Position numbers and translations under genes: made by a program. DNA of 64,000 bases from Candidatus Hydrogenedentota bacterium (GTDB lineage: Bacteria; UBA8481; J006), in contig RFFU01000040.1 in NCBI GenBank assembly GCA_003697085.1, forward strand, positions 3,133-67,132, written 5' to 3'. Position 1 is the first letter of the stretch; the number at the start of each line of letters is the position of its first letter. Below, piece by piece: positions 56,012 to 63,967 of the stretch. The notes below the pieces were generated by a model. That model was not told where the DNA came from. It saw only the letters and a list, made by a program, of their open reading frames with translations, and searched no databases.

Positions 56012-57373
56012 TTATACTCCACTGTAATCGTAGGACGAGCCTCCGATGAATTCCCGCAACAAGGCGTTTTTAGGGATCACCGTTTCGTCTTCCCAAGAAG
56101 AGAGGGAGTCAAGCAATTTCGAGACTCGCGCCGCACGCCGGGCCGCATCGGCGTGTTCCGTATTATCGGTATACTCCTGTGTCCATTGGCGGAAAAGATT
56201 GCCTACGCGCGCGGCCCAGAGGGGAAGTTCATAGGGAAGAGAACTGTTAATGACATAATCGGCGGAGTTTGCGTGCGGTACGATGTAGCGAAGTTCCGAT
56301 CGGCGCACGTAGTGCCAATGTTCCAGCGTTTGTTTCGGCGCGACGTTCCTGTCGCGACTGTCTCGGACGATCCTACGGATCAGTCGGATGTCCGTCCAGC
56401 GAATATAGCCTCCATCGGGGGAGCGGCACTGAAGGAGCGGCTCGATGTAAAGACGGCATTTCGCCTCGTTCGGTATGCCCGCCGTTACCGGATCGTGAAG
56501 GCCGTGAAGAGAGTCGATCAAGAGGATTTCACCGGGACCGATCCGGACGGGGGGAGCGGTTCCTTCGCGTTTCCCCGTCTTGAAATTGAAGAACGGTGGA
56601 CGAACCTCCTTCCCTTCGTAAAGCGCTCGCAGGTCTCTATTGAGCAATTCGAGGTCGATCGCTTCCGGGGTTTCATAGTCATAATCTCCGTGTTCGTCCT
56701 TTGGGTGAAGTTCCAGATCAAGAAAATAATTGTCCACGTGAAACGGCACGAAGACGAACCCCTCATTTCGAAGATGTTCGGCGACTTTGATTGTGCTGGT
56801 GGTCTTACCCGAGGAGCTCGGGCCCGCCACGATCACGAAGCGAATCTCGTCCCGCCGCCGTAGAATCCGATCCGCGGCGCGGGCAATGTCCAGTTGATAG
56901 GCCTCCTCGCATTCCCGTACCAGTTCCCGGAAAGAGCCGTCGGTGACCCGAGCATTAAGTTGTTCGACGGTGAAGACGTTGTGATCGATCGCCCAGTTGA
57001 GCGACTTCCAGACCTTGCGCCAAGGAATGCCGTCGCCACGGGCGGGGCTGTCGCCAAGAGTTTCGCGCTCGGCACGGTTCCGCGCTCGTTCGTTCCGATA
57101 AAGGATGAAGGCCTTGGCCGTTTGTGCGTGGCCCTGTTCGATCAAGACCTTCTCGATCGCATCTTGAATCTGCTCGACGTGCGGCGGATCGGCAATCTCG
57201 GGTTTCTTCAGAAGATATCGGATGACCCGCGTCGTGAGATATTCGGCGGTGCGCCGGTCGCGCCCTCCGACGGCGATCGCGGCACGATAGATCGCGTTCG
57301 TGATTCGCACGTCCGTGAAGGGAACGACGGATCCGTCTCGCTTGACAACGTGAGTGAACGGGGTGGTTTCCAT
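56012..57373 (-). CDS. uridine-kinase/P-loop nucleoside kinase-like protein with N-terminal ATP-cone domain
   Basis: N-terminus HVVKRDGSVVPFTDVRITNAIYRAA (ATP-cone pattern). Walker A FVIVAGPSSSGKTTSTIKVAEHL and a uridine-kinase-like downstream region. 453 aa. Confidence 0.7.
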   Translation of the reverse strand: METTPFTHVVKRDGSVVPFTDVRITNAIYRAAIAVGGRDRRTAEYLTTRVIRYLLKKPEIADPPHVEQIQDAIEKVLIEQGHAQTAKAFILYRNERARNRAERETLGDSPARGDGIPWRKVWKSLNWAIDHNVFTVEQLNARVTDGSFRELVRECEEAYQLDIARAADRILRRRDEIRFVIVAGPSSSGKTTSTIKVAEHLRNEGFVFVPFHVDNYFLDLELHPKDEHGDYDYETPEAIDLELLNRDLRALYEGKEVRPPFFNFKTGKREGTAPPVRIGPGEILLIDSLHGLHDPVTAGIPNEAKCRLYIEPLLQCRSPDGGYIRWTDIRLIRRIVRDSRDRNVAPKQTLEHWHYVRRSELRYIVPHANSADYVINSSLPYELPLWAARVGNLFRQWTQEYTDNTEHADAARRAARVSKLLDSLSSWEDETVIPKNALLREFIGGSSYDYSGV

Positions 57374-57519
57374 ATCTCTACGCTATCGAAGAAGCCCCGC
57401 GATGACAAGTCGCGCCGCGGGGGGCGTGCCTTCTCCGTGTTCCCTGTGCACCGCTGGCGGATATCCTTTTCGAGCGACTTACACGGTCCCGGTGGTCAAT
57501 GTTACTTGCCGCTTTCCGG

Positions 57520-57738
57520 TTAAAATCCGAAATAGGAGACAAGAATGACCGAAAGGCCGAGTGTGACAAGGACGATGCGTTCAAACCAGAGAAGGGATTC
57601 CCAGCGGTGCCGGCGTTTCTTTTTCAGGATGAGGCGCCAGTAGGTATGGTTGTAATAGAGTTCGCTGGCGACGTAGATCAAGAGGACGAAGTAGAACGCG
57701 CCGGCCAACGTAAAGACGATCAGGCGTTGAACGGTCAT
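57520..57738 (-). CDS. hypothetical small membrane protein (2 TM)
   Basis: 72 aa with two hydrophobic helices. Its start codon overlaps the stop of the upstream gene (57738). Confidence 0.35.
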   Translation of the reverse strand: MTVQRLIVFTLAGAFYFVLLIYVASELYYNHTYWRLILKKKRRHRWESLLWFERIVLVTLGLSVILVSYFGF

Positions 57739-58418
57739 CAGTGCAAGGCGATGACGCGCTTCCAGAGAAACGCGAGAAGAATTCCTGTCAGGACCATGGC
57801 GGTTGCGATGAAGAGGAGGGAGCGGTCGAGGATGCGCGATTGCCGTTGGATCGCCTTGTGGAGCAATTCGAGCCTGGAGCGACTTCCCGCCGCGGCGCTA
57901 CGCAACTCCTCCTGCGCCTCGACCAACACCCGCGTCTCCGTGACGGCCTTTAGGGGCCGCCGCGCCGCTGCGTCCTCCTTCATTCGCCGCCATAATTGAT
58001 CGCGGGCTCGGAGGTCCTCAAGCGCGGCCGTGAGCGTTTCGCGGGCACGCTCCCATTCCGGTGCGAGGGGTTCCTTGCGCGCCAGGATATCCGACGCCCG
58101 GCTCACCGCGATCGTGTATGTGGTCGTCGCTTCCTCGTTGCCGCGCATTCGTGAAGCCAACGCCCGCGAGCCGGCCTCGAGGTCCATCAAGGCCAGGGTC
58201 AAGTCGCGCAGAGTGGCTTCCTCGGTCAGACTCTTTCCCAAAAGGTCGGAGAGCGTGCCGGCGTTGTAGAGAGCCAAGGCTTGGCTGACGATCGTGAGGA
58301 AGAGAACGGAAAAGAAGGCGAAGAGAAGCGCCCGGCTGATGGGCTCCGGAGGCGCCCCCGCCTCTTCCTCGCTCTCGTTCCGAGTCTCCAGTGCCTTCTC
58401 GTCATCCCAATCGCTCAT
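57738..58418 (-). CDS. hypothetical bitopic membrane protein (TM - ~150-aa coiled region - TM), immediately after gspM
   Basis: 226 aa. TMs LLFAFFSVLFLTIVSQALAL and LLFIATAMVLTGILLAFLW. Candidate accessory component of the T2SS operon, or a standalone sensor-like module. Confidence 0.45.
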   Translation of the reverse strand: MSDWDDEKALETRNESEEEAGAPPEPISRALLFAFFSVLFLTIVSQALALYNAGTLSDLLGKSLTEEATLRDLTLALMDLEAGSRALASRMRGNEEATTTYTIAVSRASDILARKEPLAPEWERARETLTAALEDLRARDQLWRRMKEDAAARRPLKAVTETRVLVEAQEELRSAAAGSRSRLELLHKAIQRQSRILDRSLLFIATAMVLTGILLAFLWKRVIALH

Positions 58419-58450
58419 TTTCGAGGCCCCTTTCGTTCAACAGCGGTCCA

Positions 58451-59008
58451 TCAAATTTCGGAGGTTCTCCCGCCCGACAACATCTTCGAGTCCCGCTCTT
58501 CCTTCCTTGGAACGCGCCATTCCTTTCCGGAAAGGTAGCCGAGGATGACATCGGCGTCGAGTCGATCGTTGCGATCGAGCGAGCGGCGGATCGTCAACTC
58601 GCGCACGACGATTCCGGGACCGGACGTTTCCAGAGACGCCAGATATGTGAAGAGACGATCGGGTTCGAGGTCGCGGAGGGAAAGCGAAATCCGAGATTCC
58701 CCCTCCGTTTCCGGAAGGCTGCTGACGGATCGGATCGAGATGCCGCTTGCTGTTCCCTTATCCTGAACAAGTTTGACCGCGGCGGGCGTCTCCGCGATTC
58801 TCGCGTGGATCCGGTTCACTTCGGACCGGAGTCGAACATATTCCTTCGCGAAACGTTCGATCTTTTCCGCTTGCGCGCGCAACGCACGCACGCGAGCGGA
58901 ATTCGCCGCGAGGCGGTCCGAGCCGGCCAGAAAGGCAACGGCGAGGAGGACAAATCCCAGAATCCGAAGAACCGGAGAGGCGAGAAATTCGCGAAAAGAT
59001 TCGTTCAT
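58451..59008 (-). CDS. gspM: type II secretion system protein M-like
   Basis: MNESFREFLASPVLRILGFVLLAVAFLAGSDRL... has bitopic topology and about 185 aa. The ATG overlaps the gspL TGA (ATGA). Position is after gspL. ORF 58451..59158 has an upstream extension. Confidence 0.55.
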   Translation of the reverse strand: MNESFREFLASPVLRILGFVLLAVAFLAGSDRLAANSARVRALRAQAEKIERFAKEYVRLRSEVNRIHARIAETPAAVKLVQDKGTASGISIRSVSSLPETEGESRISLSLRDLEPDRLFTYLASLETSGPGIVVRELTIRRSLDRNDRLDADVILGYLSGKEWRVPRKEERDSKMLSGGRTSEI

Positions 59009-60306
59009 TTCCGCCGAGCCTCGATCGAGAAGTCGAAACGGTCTCCCGAACGTTGAACGTCCGGATCGGAAACGACGAGTTCTTCGCCGGGAAGGTATTT
59101 CCCGGCTCGTTCCCTGAGCCGCGTGGCGAACTGTTGCGCCTCCGCGATTCCCGCGCATCGGCCGGAGACCTTGATGGTGTGTTCTCCGATTCCGGCGTCA
59201 TCGAATGTCAGATCCAGTCCCTCGGCCGCGTCCGCCAAAAGGCTCCATGCGTTCAAGGCCGAACCCCGTTTCTCCAACCGAGTCAGAAGGGAATCCCGTT
59301 CGGAACGGATTCCCTTCAGCGCGCGACGCAATTGTTCCTCCGGCGCCACCATCCTCTTCGCCGGCAGCGCTCGATGAAAGGCCTTCTCCATTTCCGCGTG
59401 CAAAAGTTTCTCGTCGGCACGGATGGTTCGCAGACGCAGTCCTCCTCCCGCAAGTAAAAGAAGGATCGTAATCGCCGCCAGGAAAGAGGTGAAATGCCGA
59501 AAGAAAAAGGCTCTCCGGCGCGGTTTCGCCACCCAAGCCCCCCGTGGCGCGCTTCCGCCTGCGCGTGAAAACAACTCTATCGCCTCGTATTTCTTCCAGG
59601 CGAGAGGGGGAGATTTATCGAGCGCGGAAAGAAGAACTTCGTGGCGCATTTCCCTGTCGGGGCCGCACTGGCAGAGCCGCCAACGTCCGCCCGAAGCGAA
59701 TCCGCTCCAGGAATCATAGTCATAGCCGCCGTCGTCCGGTTTGGTCATGACGGCGGGCACCGGGCCGATCCACTCCGGCTTTGGAGGAGTGATCCCGTCC
59801 GGAACGCGGGCGTAATACCAGGCTTCGGCGGCCGTGAGAAATTTCCTTCCGGTTACCGCCGCTAAAACCTCACGGTTTCTCCTGGGTCTCTCAGAAGGAA
59901 AACAGATCGCGGTTTCTTCCACGTGGAAGGGTAATGTGGTCTCGAGTTCACTCAGGACTGTTGAGAGCAATTCCTCCGGTTCAACCGGAGGAATGAAGGT
60001 CTCCCGGTAGAAGGTCTTGCCCGTGAAAAGGATCCTGACGGCCGGAACGGGCGCGAACCAGTCGGCGGGAAACCGTTTCTCGGCGCTAAGACCACTTTCC
60101 CTCTTGGGCGCCTCCGACGCTTCCTCCAATGTGCCGGCCTTCTCCCCTTCCGGCTCCGTACTTCCGAATTCGCTTCTATTGGCCGCGGGTGGTTCCGGCG
60201 AATCCGTTTCGTCCTCGAAAGAGGAGATCAAGCGGGTTCCGGTAGCACGATGCTCGATCAACCCCGCCTTTCCTTCCGGCCATAGAATGACGATGATCCG
60301 TTTCAA
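59005..60306 (-). CDS. gspL: type II secretion system protein L-like
   Basis: 433 aa: cytoplasmic N-domain (MKRIIVILWPEGKAGLIEH...), a single TM (FTSFLAAITILLLLAGGGL), and a periplasmic C-domain. Position between gspK and gspM. Confidence 0.6.
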   Translation of the reverse strand: MKRIIVILWPEGKAGLIEHRATGTRLISSFEDETDSPEPPAANRSEFGSTEPEGEKAGTLEEASEAPKRESGLSAEKRFPADWFAPVPAVRILFTGKTFYRETFIPPVEPEELLSTVLSELETTLPFHVEETAICFPSERPRRNREVLAAVTGRKFLTAAEAWYYARVPDGITPPKPEWIGPVPAVMTKPDDGGYDYDSWSGFASGGRWRLCQCGPDREMRHEVLLSALDKSPPLAWKKYEAIELFSRAGGSAPRGAWVAKPRRRAFFFRHFTSFLAAITILLLLAGGGLRLRTIRADEKLLHAEMEKAFHRALPAKRMVAPEEQLRRALKGIRSERDSLLTRLEKRGSALNAWSLLADAAEGLDLTFDDAGIGEHTIKVSGRCAGIAEAQQFATRLRERAGKYLPGEELVVSDPDVQRSGDRFDFSIEARRK

Positions 60307-60399
60307 TGCCGCTGCTCCTTGCTTCTCTTCGCCCGCATTTCCGTCCGCCGATCATCTCCGCCTTTCGGCCGACGCCGGTTAGTGTAGCGGAAAATGAGG

Positions 60400-60480
60400 T
60401 TGACGCATCCGGAAAAGGCAAAAGGAAGAAGGCAAAAGGAAGAAAGCAAAAGGCAAAAGGGAGAAGGGAAAGGAGGCGTT
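60400..60480 (+). repeat. GGCAAAAGG-type purine-rich tandem repeat in the gspK-gspL spacer (third locus of the family)
   Basis: ggaaaaggcaaaaggaagaaggcaaaaggaagaaagcaaaaggcaaaagggagaagggaaaggagg. It is purine-rich on the plus strand although the flanking genes are on the minus strand. Confidence 0.6.
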
Positions 60481-60508
60481 CCGAGGTCAAGTTTTCCGCG
60501 GCGAGCGT

Positions 60509-61468
60509 TCAGCGAATCTCCTCCCTTTCGAGGAGCAAGTCGCCGTTCGGGGACCGTTTCAGAACCGCCGTCAAGGTTACCTTGGCCCGCCCTTTTTTCG
60601 CGGTTGCCGTAACGAGGTACGCATCGGAAGAGACCGAAAGATACGGCGCCAATTCCGCGAATTCCTCGTCCGTCAAATCCGTGTACGGCTTCACGTCCTC
60701 GACCGCGTTGAAGGGGTGAAGCCGGGCCTGCGAATGAATTCTTCCGGCGTCGGCAAGCGTAAGGGACGGCGCGAGCGCCGCCAGAACATCCGGCTTCGCC
60801 GTGTTGACATTGACCGAGCCGGAGCCGAAGAGCGTGAGGCGTGCGACCAGGTCGGAATCGATTTCGTCCGTCATTCCCAGGACCCGGCCCAGTTCCGAGA
60901 GATGGTAAAGCGGCCGGTTGTTGGGAAGCGTGGGAGGATCCTGGGCGAAATACCGATCACGTTCGGCTCCGTTCGCCAGCGGAGCGTCGTCGGGGTCGAT
61001 GAAATCCGCGATGCGATCCGCCAGATTGTGGGGACGAGCGAGGAGCGCGAAAAGCCGCTCCAGCTGATCCCGCCGTGCGATATCGAGTCGTCCGTCCGGT
61101 TTTACGAGCGTATGGATCGGGAAGAAGCGGTTGGTGTCGCGAATCCGCACTGCGACCTTTGCTCCGGGGCGGGAAAGGTTCAACGGCTGCGCCCACGGTT
61201 CCAAAAGATCGTCCCGGCCGTTCCGGTCGGCGGCAAGGAGGAGGCGGGCGGCGAGGAGGCCGTCGCGTGCATAGAGTTCCGCCTGCAATCGATCCCGCTC
61301 CGAGCGGATCCTTTCCCCATCAACACGGACCAGCGCGGCGATTTCGAGCGTGATGGCGGCGGCCAGTGCCGTTATCGCCAAAACCGCGATCAGGACGGCT
61401 CCGGCTCGGTCTTCTCCGGTGCTTTTCTTCCGGCGCGTTACTCGGTCCGCCGTCGCGTATCTTCTCAT
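60509..61468 (-). CDS. gspK: type II secretion system minor pseudopilin GspK
   Basis: MRRYATADR...GAVLIAVLAITALAAAITLEIAALVRVDGERIRSERDRLQAELYARDGLLAARLL matches the GspK N-terminal helix plus GspK fold. Start ATG 61468 is adjacent to the gspJ stop. Confidence 0.8.
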   Translation of the reverse strand: MRRYATADRVTRRKKSTGEDRAGAVLIAVLAITALAAAITLEIAALVRVDGERIRSERDRLQAELYARDGLLAARLLLAADRNGRDDLLEPWAQPLNLSRPGAKVAVRIRDTNRFFPIHTLVKPDGRLDIARRDQLERLFALLARPHNLADRIADFIDPDDAPLANGAERDRYFAQDPPTLPNNRPLYHLSELGRVLGMTDEIDSDLVARLTLFGSGSVNVNTAKPDVLAALAPSLTLADAGRIHSQARLHPFNAVEDVKPYTDLTDEEFAELAPYLSVSSDAYLVTATAKKGRAKVTLTAVLKRSPNGDLLLEREEIR

Positions 61469-62004
61469 CGCGTCACGATCGTTCCGTAATGCTTCCGTCC
61501 GATCCGAAGTTCGATCGCCAAACCCCGGGGAGGCTGATCCTTCTTCCACTCCGCGCTCCACCCTTCCTTACCGTAGTAACGGAGTCCAAGTCCCGTCACG
61601 TCCGGAATTACATCCACCACGGGAGGCGAGAGTGACGGTGAGGTCCGGGAGATTCGAACGAGTCGGTCACCCTCCCAACGATAGGTGACGCGTTTCGGCG
61701 TCTCCTCCGCCGAGGTCCACCAGGTCACTTCATCCCGGTCACCGAAGTTTCGGGTAAGGAGGGGGATCGTATCGGAAGGATAGAGAAGCGAAATGAATTC
61801 ACGGGCGAGGGAATCGAGGAGGCGTCGCGCGATGCGGTCCTCTCGGGACATCCGCGAGACGGAATCCTCCAACCGCGTCACGGAAGCCATGATTTGTTGT
61901 AGGGAAGCCAAGACCAGCACACCGATCGTCAGGGCCAACAAAACCTCCAGCAGCGTCAGGCCGCGTGGGCGACAAAAACGCCGCGCGCTCCCCCGACGGT
62001 TCAT
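61465..62004 (-). CDS. gspJ: type II secretion system minor pseudopilin GspJ
   Basis: MNRRGSARRFCRPRG|LTLLEVLLALTIGVLVLAS is a prepilin-type leader plus hydrophobic helix. About 180 aa. Confidence 0.75.
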   Translation of the reverse strand: MNRRGSARRFCRPRGLTLLEVLLALTIGVLVLASLQQIMASVTRLEDSVSRMSREDRIARRLLDSLAREFISLLYPSDTIPLLTRNFGDRDEVTWWTSAEETPKRVTYRWEGDRLVRISRTSPSLSPPVVDVIPDVTGLGLRYYGKEGWSAEWKKDQPPRGLAIELRIGRKHYGTIVTR

Positions 62005-62519
62005 CGTGGATTCGTCGGAGCCCACATCCGCATTCGGATCATGATGTGATGGGGACTTTCGACGGTGAGGGTCAGGGAACGGATCGCGTCGGCTTCTTTT
62101 CCGAGCGGAAGGTTCGAAAGGTCGGGCTCGTCCATCTCGATCGTCCAATGATAATCGCGATGGGTATCGAAGGAGCCGGTTCGCTTCCGGGGAATCCCGC
62201 GAAGCGCGATATCGGAGGCAAGAGCGCGGGCGAGGTAGACGAGTTGAACGTCATCCGCGAACCGCTTCGTCTGTCCCGTCATTACGAGAAGCGACCCGAG
62301 AATGCCCACGGTAAGCACGGCGAGCACGGCTGTCGCGACGAGGACTTCCGCCAAGGTGAACCCCGACCACGCCGGAGAAAGGCGCCGTCCTTCGGCGCAT
62401 GTTGAGTCGGGTGGCCTGGGGGAGGAACGGCGAATTGCCCGCAGGATTGAATTCCGGTAAACAGGACTTCCTGGGAGCGCCGGCATCTTGTCTGCAAAAA
62501 CGGGTTTGTGGAGGATCAC
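62001..62519 (-). CDS. gspI: type II secretion system minor pseudopilin GspI (N-terminus / start anomalous)
   Basis: Core SG|FTLAEVLVATAVLAVLTVGILGSL plus pseudopilin body. No canonical start lies within 40 codons upstream of the G|F site in frame. An out-of-frame ATG (MRRRTAPFSGVVG) would join in frame if the gggg run at about 62362-62365 were ggg. Confidence 0.6.
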   Translation of the reverse strand: MILHKPVFADKMPALPGSPVYRNSILRAIRRSSPRPPDSTCAEGRRLSPAWSGFTLAEVLVATAVLAVLTVGILGSLLVMTGQTKRFADDVQLVYLARALASDIALRGIPRKRTGSFDTHRDYHWTIEMDEPDLSNLPLGKEADAIRSLTLTVESPHHIMIRMRMWAPTNPR

Positions 62520-62631
62520 CCTTCAGCTCCCCCGACCAGGTGTGGGTTTCCGCTCGGGGAAGGCTTGGCACGATCCGGCAAAAAGCGCGCGTTTTTCGCC
62601 ATGCACCGGAGAAGGGGAAGCGTCGGGAACA

Positions 62632-63240
62632 TCACGTCCGTTCCTCGAGCAATCCCGTGAACGGATTGAGCGATTTGATTTTGTGCTCGATCCGGACTGA
62701 GAAACGAGGCGTTCGTCCGCGGGCGTCCACGGGAACCTCGAACCGCCCCCGCGAGCGGAAGGAAACGTCCTTTTCCCCCCGAACCGCGATCGATAGTTCT
62801 TCGTTCCACGTGAAAGCAATGTGCGTTTCCGGTACGAAGACGCGATGTTGCGAGAAATCGAAGACGATCCGAACCGGGCGTCCGAGGAGTACCGCGTAAT
62901 CCTGCGCCTCCGTGATGGTCGCGGCCAAAATTCTCCAAGCGCGGTTCTCCGTTCCCGCGCTCGTGATCGCCTCGTATCGGGGGATCATGAAGAGCGTGAG
63001 GATTCCGATTATGACAAGAACGACGAGAATCTCGGCGAGGGTAAAACCGGAAGGGGTGTCGCGGAACAGGGGGCGGCTGCGGAAAAGCGAACCGCGACGA
63101 TTGCCCGAAACGGAAAGGAACGTTATTGCCAGTTTCCGATGTCGTCGTCCGTGCCCGAAAGACCATCGGGCCCGGAAGACCAGAGATCGTAGTCGTAATT
63201 GTGTTCCCCTGGTTGGAGATAATGGTAGGGGTTCCCCCAC
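62632..63240 (-). CDS. gspH: type II secretion system pseudopilin GspH-like (long N-terminal extension)
   Basis: PSG|FTLAEILVVLVIIGILTLF pseudopilin helix. The only in-frame start (GTG 63240) gives a 66-aa leader overlapping the gspG 3' end by 118 nt. Confidence 0.6.
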   Translation of the reverse strand: MGEPLPLSPTRGTQLRLRSLVFRARWSFGHGRRHRKLAITFLSVSGNRRGSLFRSRPLFRDTPSGFTLAEILVVLVIIGILTLFMIPRYEAITSAGTENRAWRILAATITEAQDYAVLLGRPVRIVFDFSQHRVFVPETHIAFTWNEELSIAVRGEKDVSFRSRGRFEVPVDARGRTPRFSVRIEHKIKSLNPFTGLLEERT

Positions 63241-63560
63241 GGATCGGTGGGGACCGCAGTGGTTTTCTCGAGATACGGCCCATGGCCGTCCTTGTCTTTT
63301 TTTAACAGGGCCTCGAGTCCCTCGTCGGTCGTGGGAAAGCGGTCGTGATCTATGTTGTAGTTCCGCAGGGCCGTCGCCAGGGCGGCGATCTCGCCGCGGG
63401 CCGCCGTCAGTCGGGCCTCCTCGGTCTTCCCGACAAAACGCGGAAGTACGAAGGCGGCCAGGATTCCGATGATGACGACGACCACAAGGATTTCGGCCAA
63501 AGTGAAGCCGGAATCGGGTTCCGACGCTGGAAGTCGTCTCTCTCGGGGCTTCGGTATCAT
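63123..63560 (-). CDS. gspG: type II secretion system major pseudopilin GspG
   Basis: MIPKPRERRLPASEPDSG|FTLAEILVVVVIIGILAAFVLPRF...TAARGEIAALATAL...DPWGNPYHYLQPG...DLWSSGPDGLSGTDDD is the canonical GspG. TTATAAT lies 7 nt upstream of ATG 63560. ORF track 63123..63782 extends 74 codons upstream. Confidence 0.85.
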   Translation of the reverse strand: MIPKPRERRLPASEPDSGFTLAEILVVVVIIGILAAFVLPRFVGKTEEARLTAARGEIAALATALRNYNIDHDRFPTTDEGLEALLKKDKDGHGPYLEKTTAVPTDPWGNPYHYLQPGEHNYDYDLWSSGPDGLSGTDDDIGNWQ

Positions 63561-63811
63561 GGAAGAAATTATAAAGGTGATCGGGTTTTGCGAAAGAGAA
63601 AACTGCGGCACGAAGGATAGGGCACGGATCGGCGGTGAGCCGTTGCCAGGACGGGAGATAAGAAGCCGGTGTCGAAGCGCGATCCCCGGAATCGCCGGCA
63701 TCTTGCCTGCGGGAACCGGTTTAGGAAGGCCTTCCACGAACGTCCGCTCCGTACCTAGGCCGAATACGAAGCGGAACTTCAACAGCGGAGATGCATTCTA
63801 TGCGCCGCCGA

Positions 63812-63840
63812 TTGACATTTGAACGCACGCTACGTATATT
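63812..63840 (+). promoter_or_regulatory. near-consensus sigma-70 promoter (TTGACA-N17-TATATT)
   Basis: attgacatttgaacgcacgctacgtatatt: -35 TTGACA at 63812-63817, a 17-nt spacer, -10 TATATT at 63835-63840. ATG 63854 follows. Confidence 0.45.
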
Positions 63841-63853
63841 CCTCTCTAAGAAA

Positions 63854-63967
63854 ATGAATATCGCATTGACGGACGATCTTGCTTCAGAAGCGGTGAAGTA
63901 CGGTTCCAGCAAGACGAAGAAGGGACTGAACGAGGAAGCGCTTCGGACCTTGAAGAGAGGTACGTGA
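63854..63967 (+). CDS. small ORF (37 aa) with ribbon-helix-helix antitoxin-like N-terminus
   Basis: MNIALTDDLASEAVKYGSSKTKKGLNEEALRTLKRGT. The pattern resembles RHH/ParD/CopG-type N-termini (M.I.L.D.L). It lies downstream of the promoter at 63812-63840. The window ends 30 nt later. Confidence 0.3.
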   Translation: MNIALTDDLASEAVKYGSSKTKKGLNEEALRTLKRGT

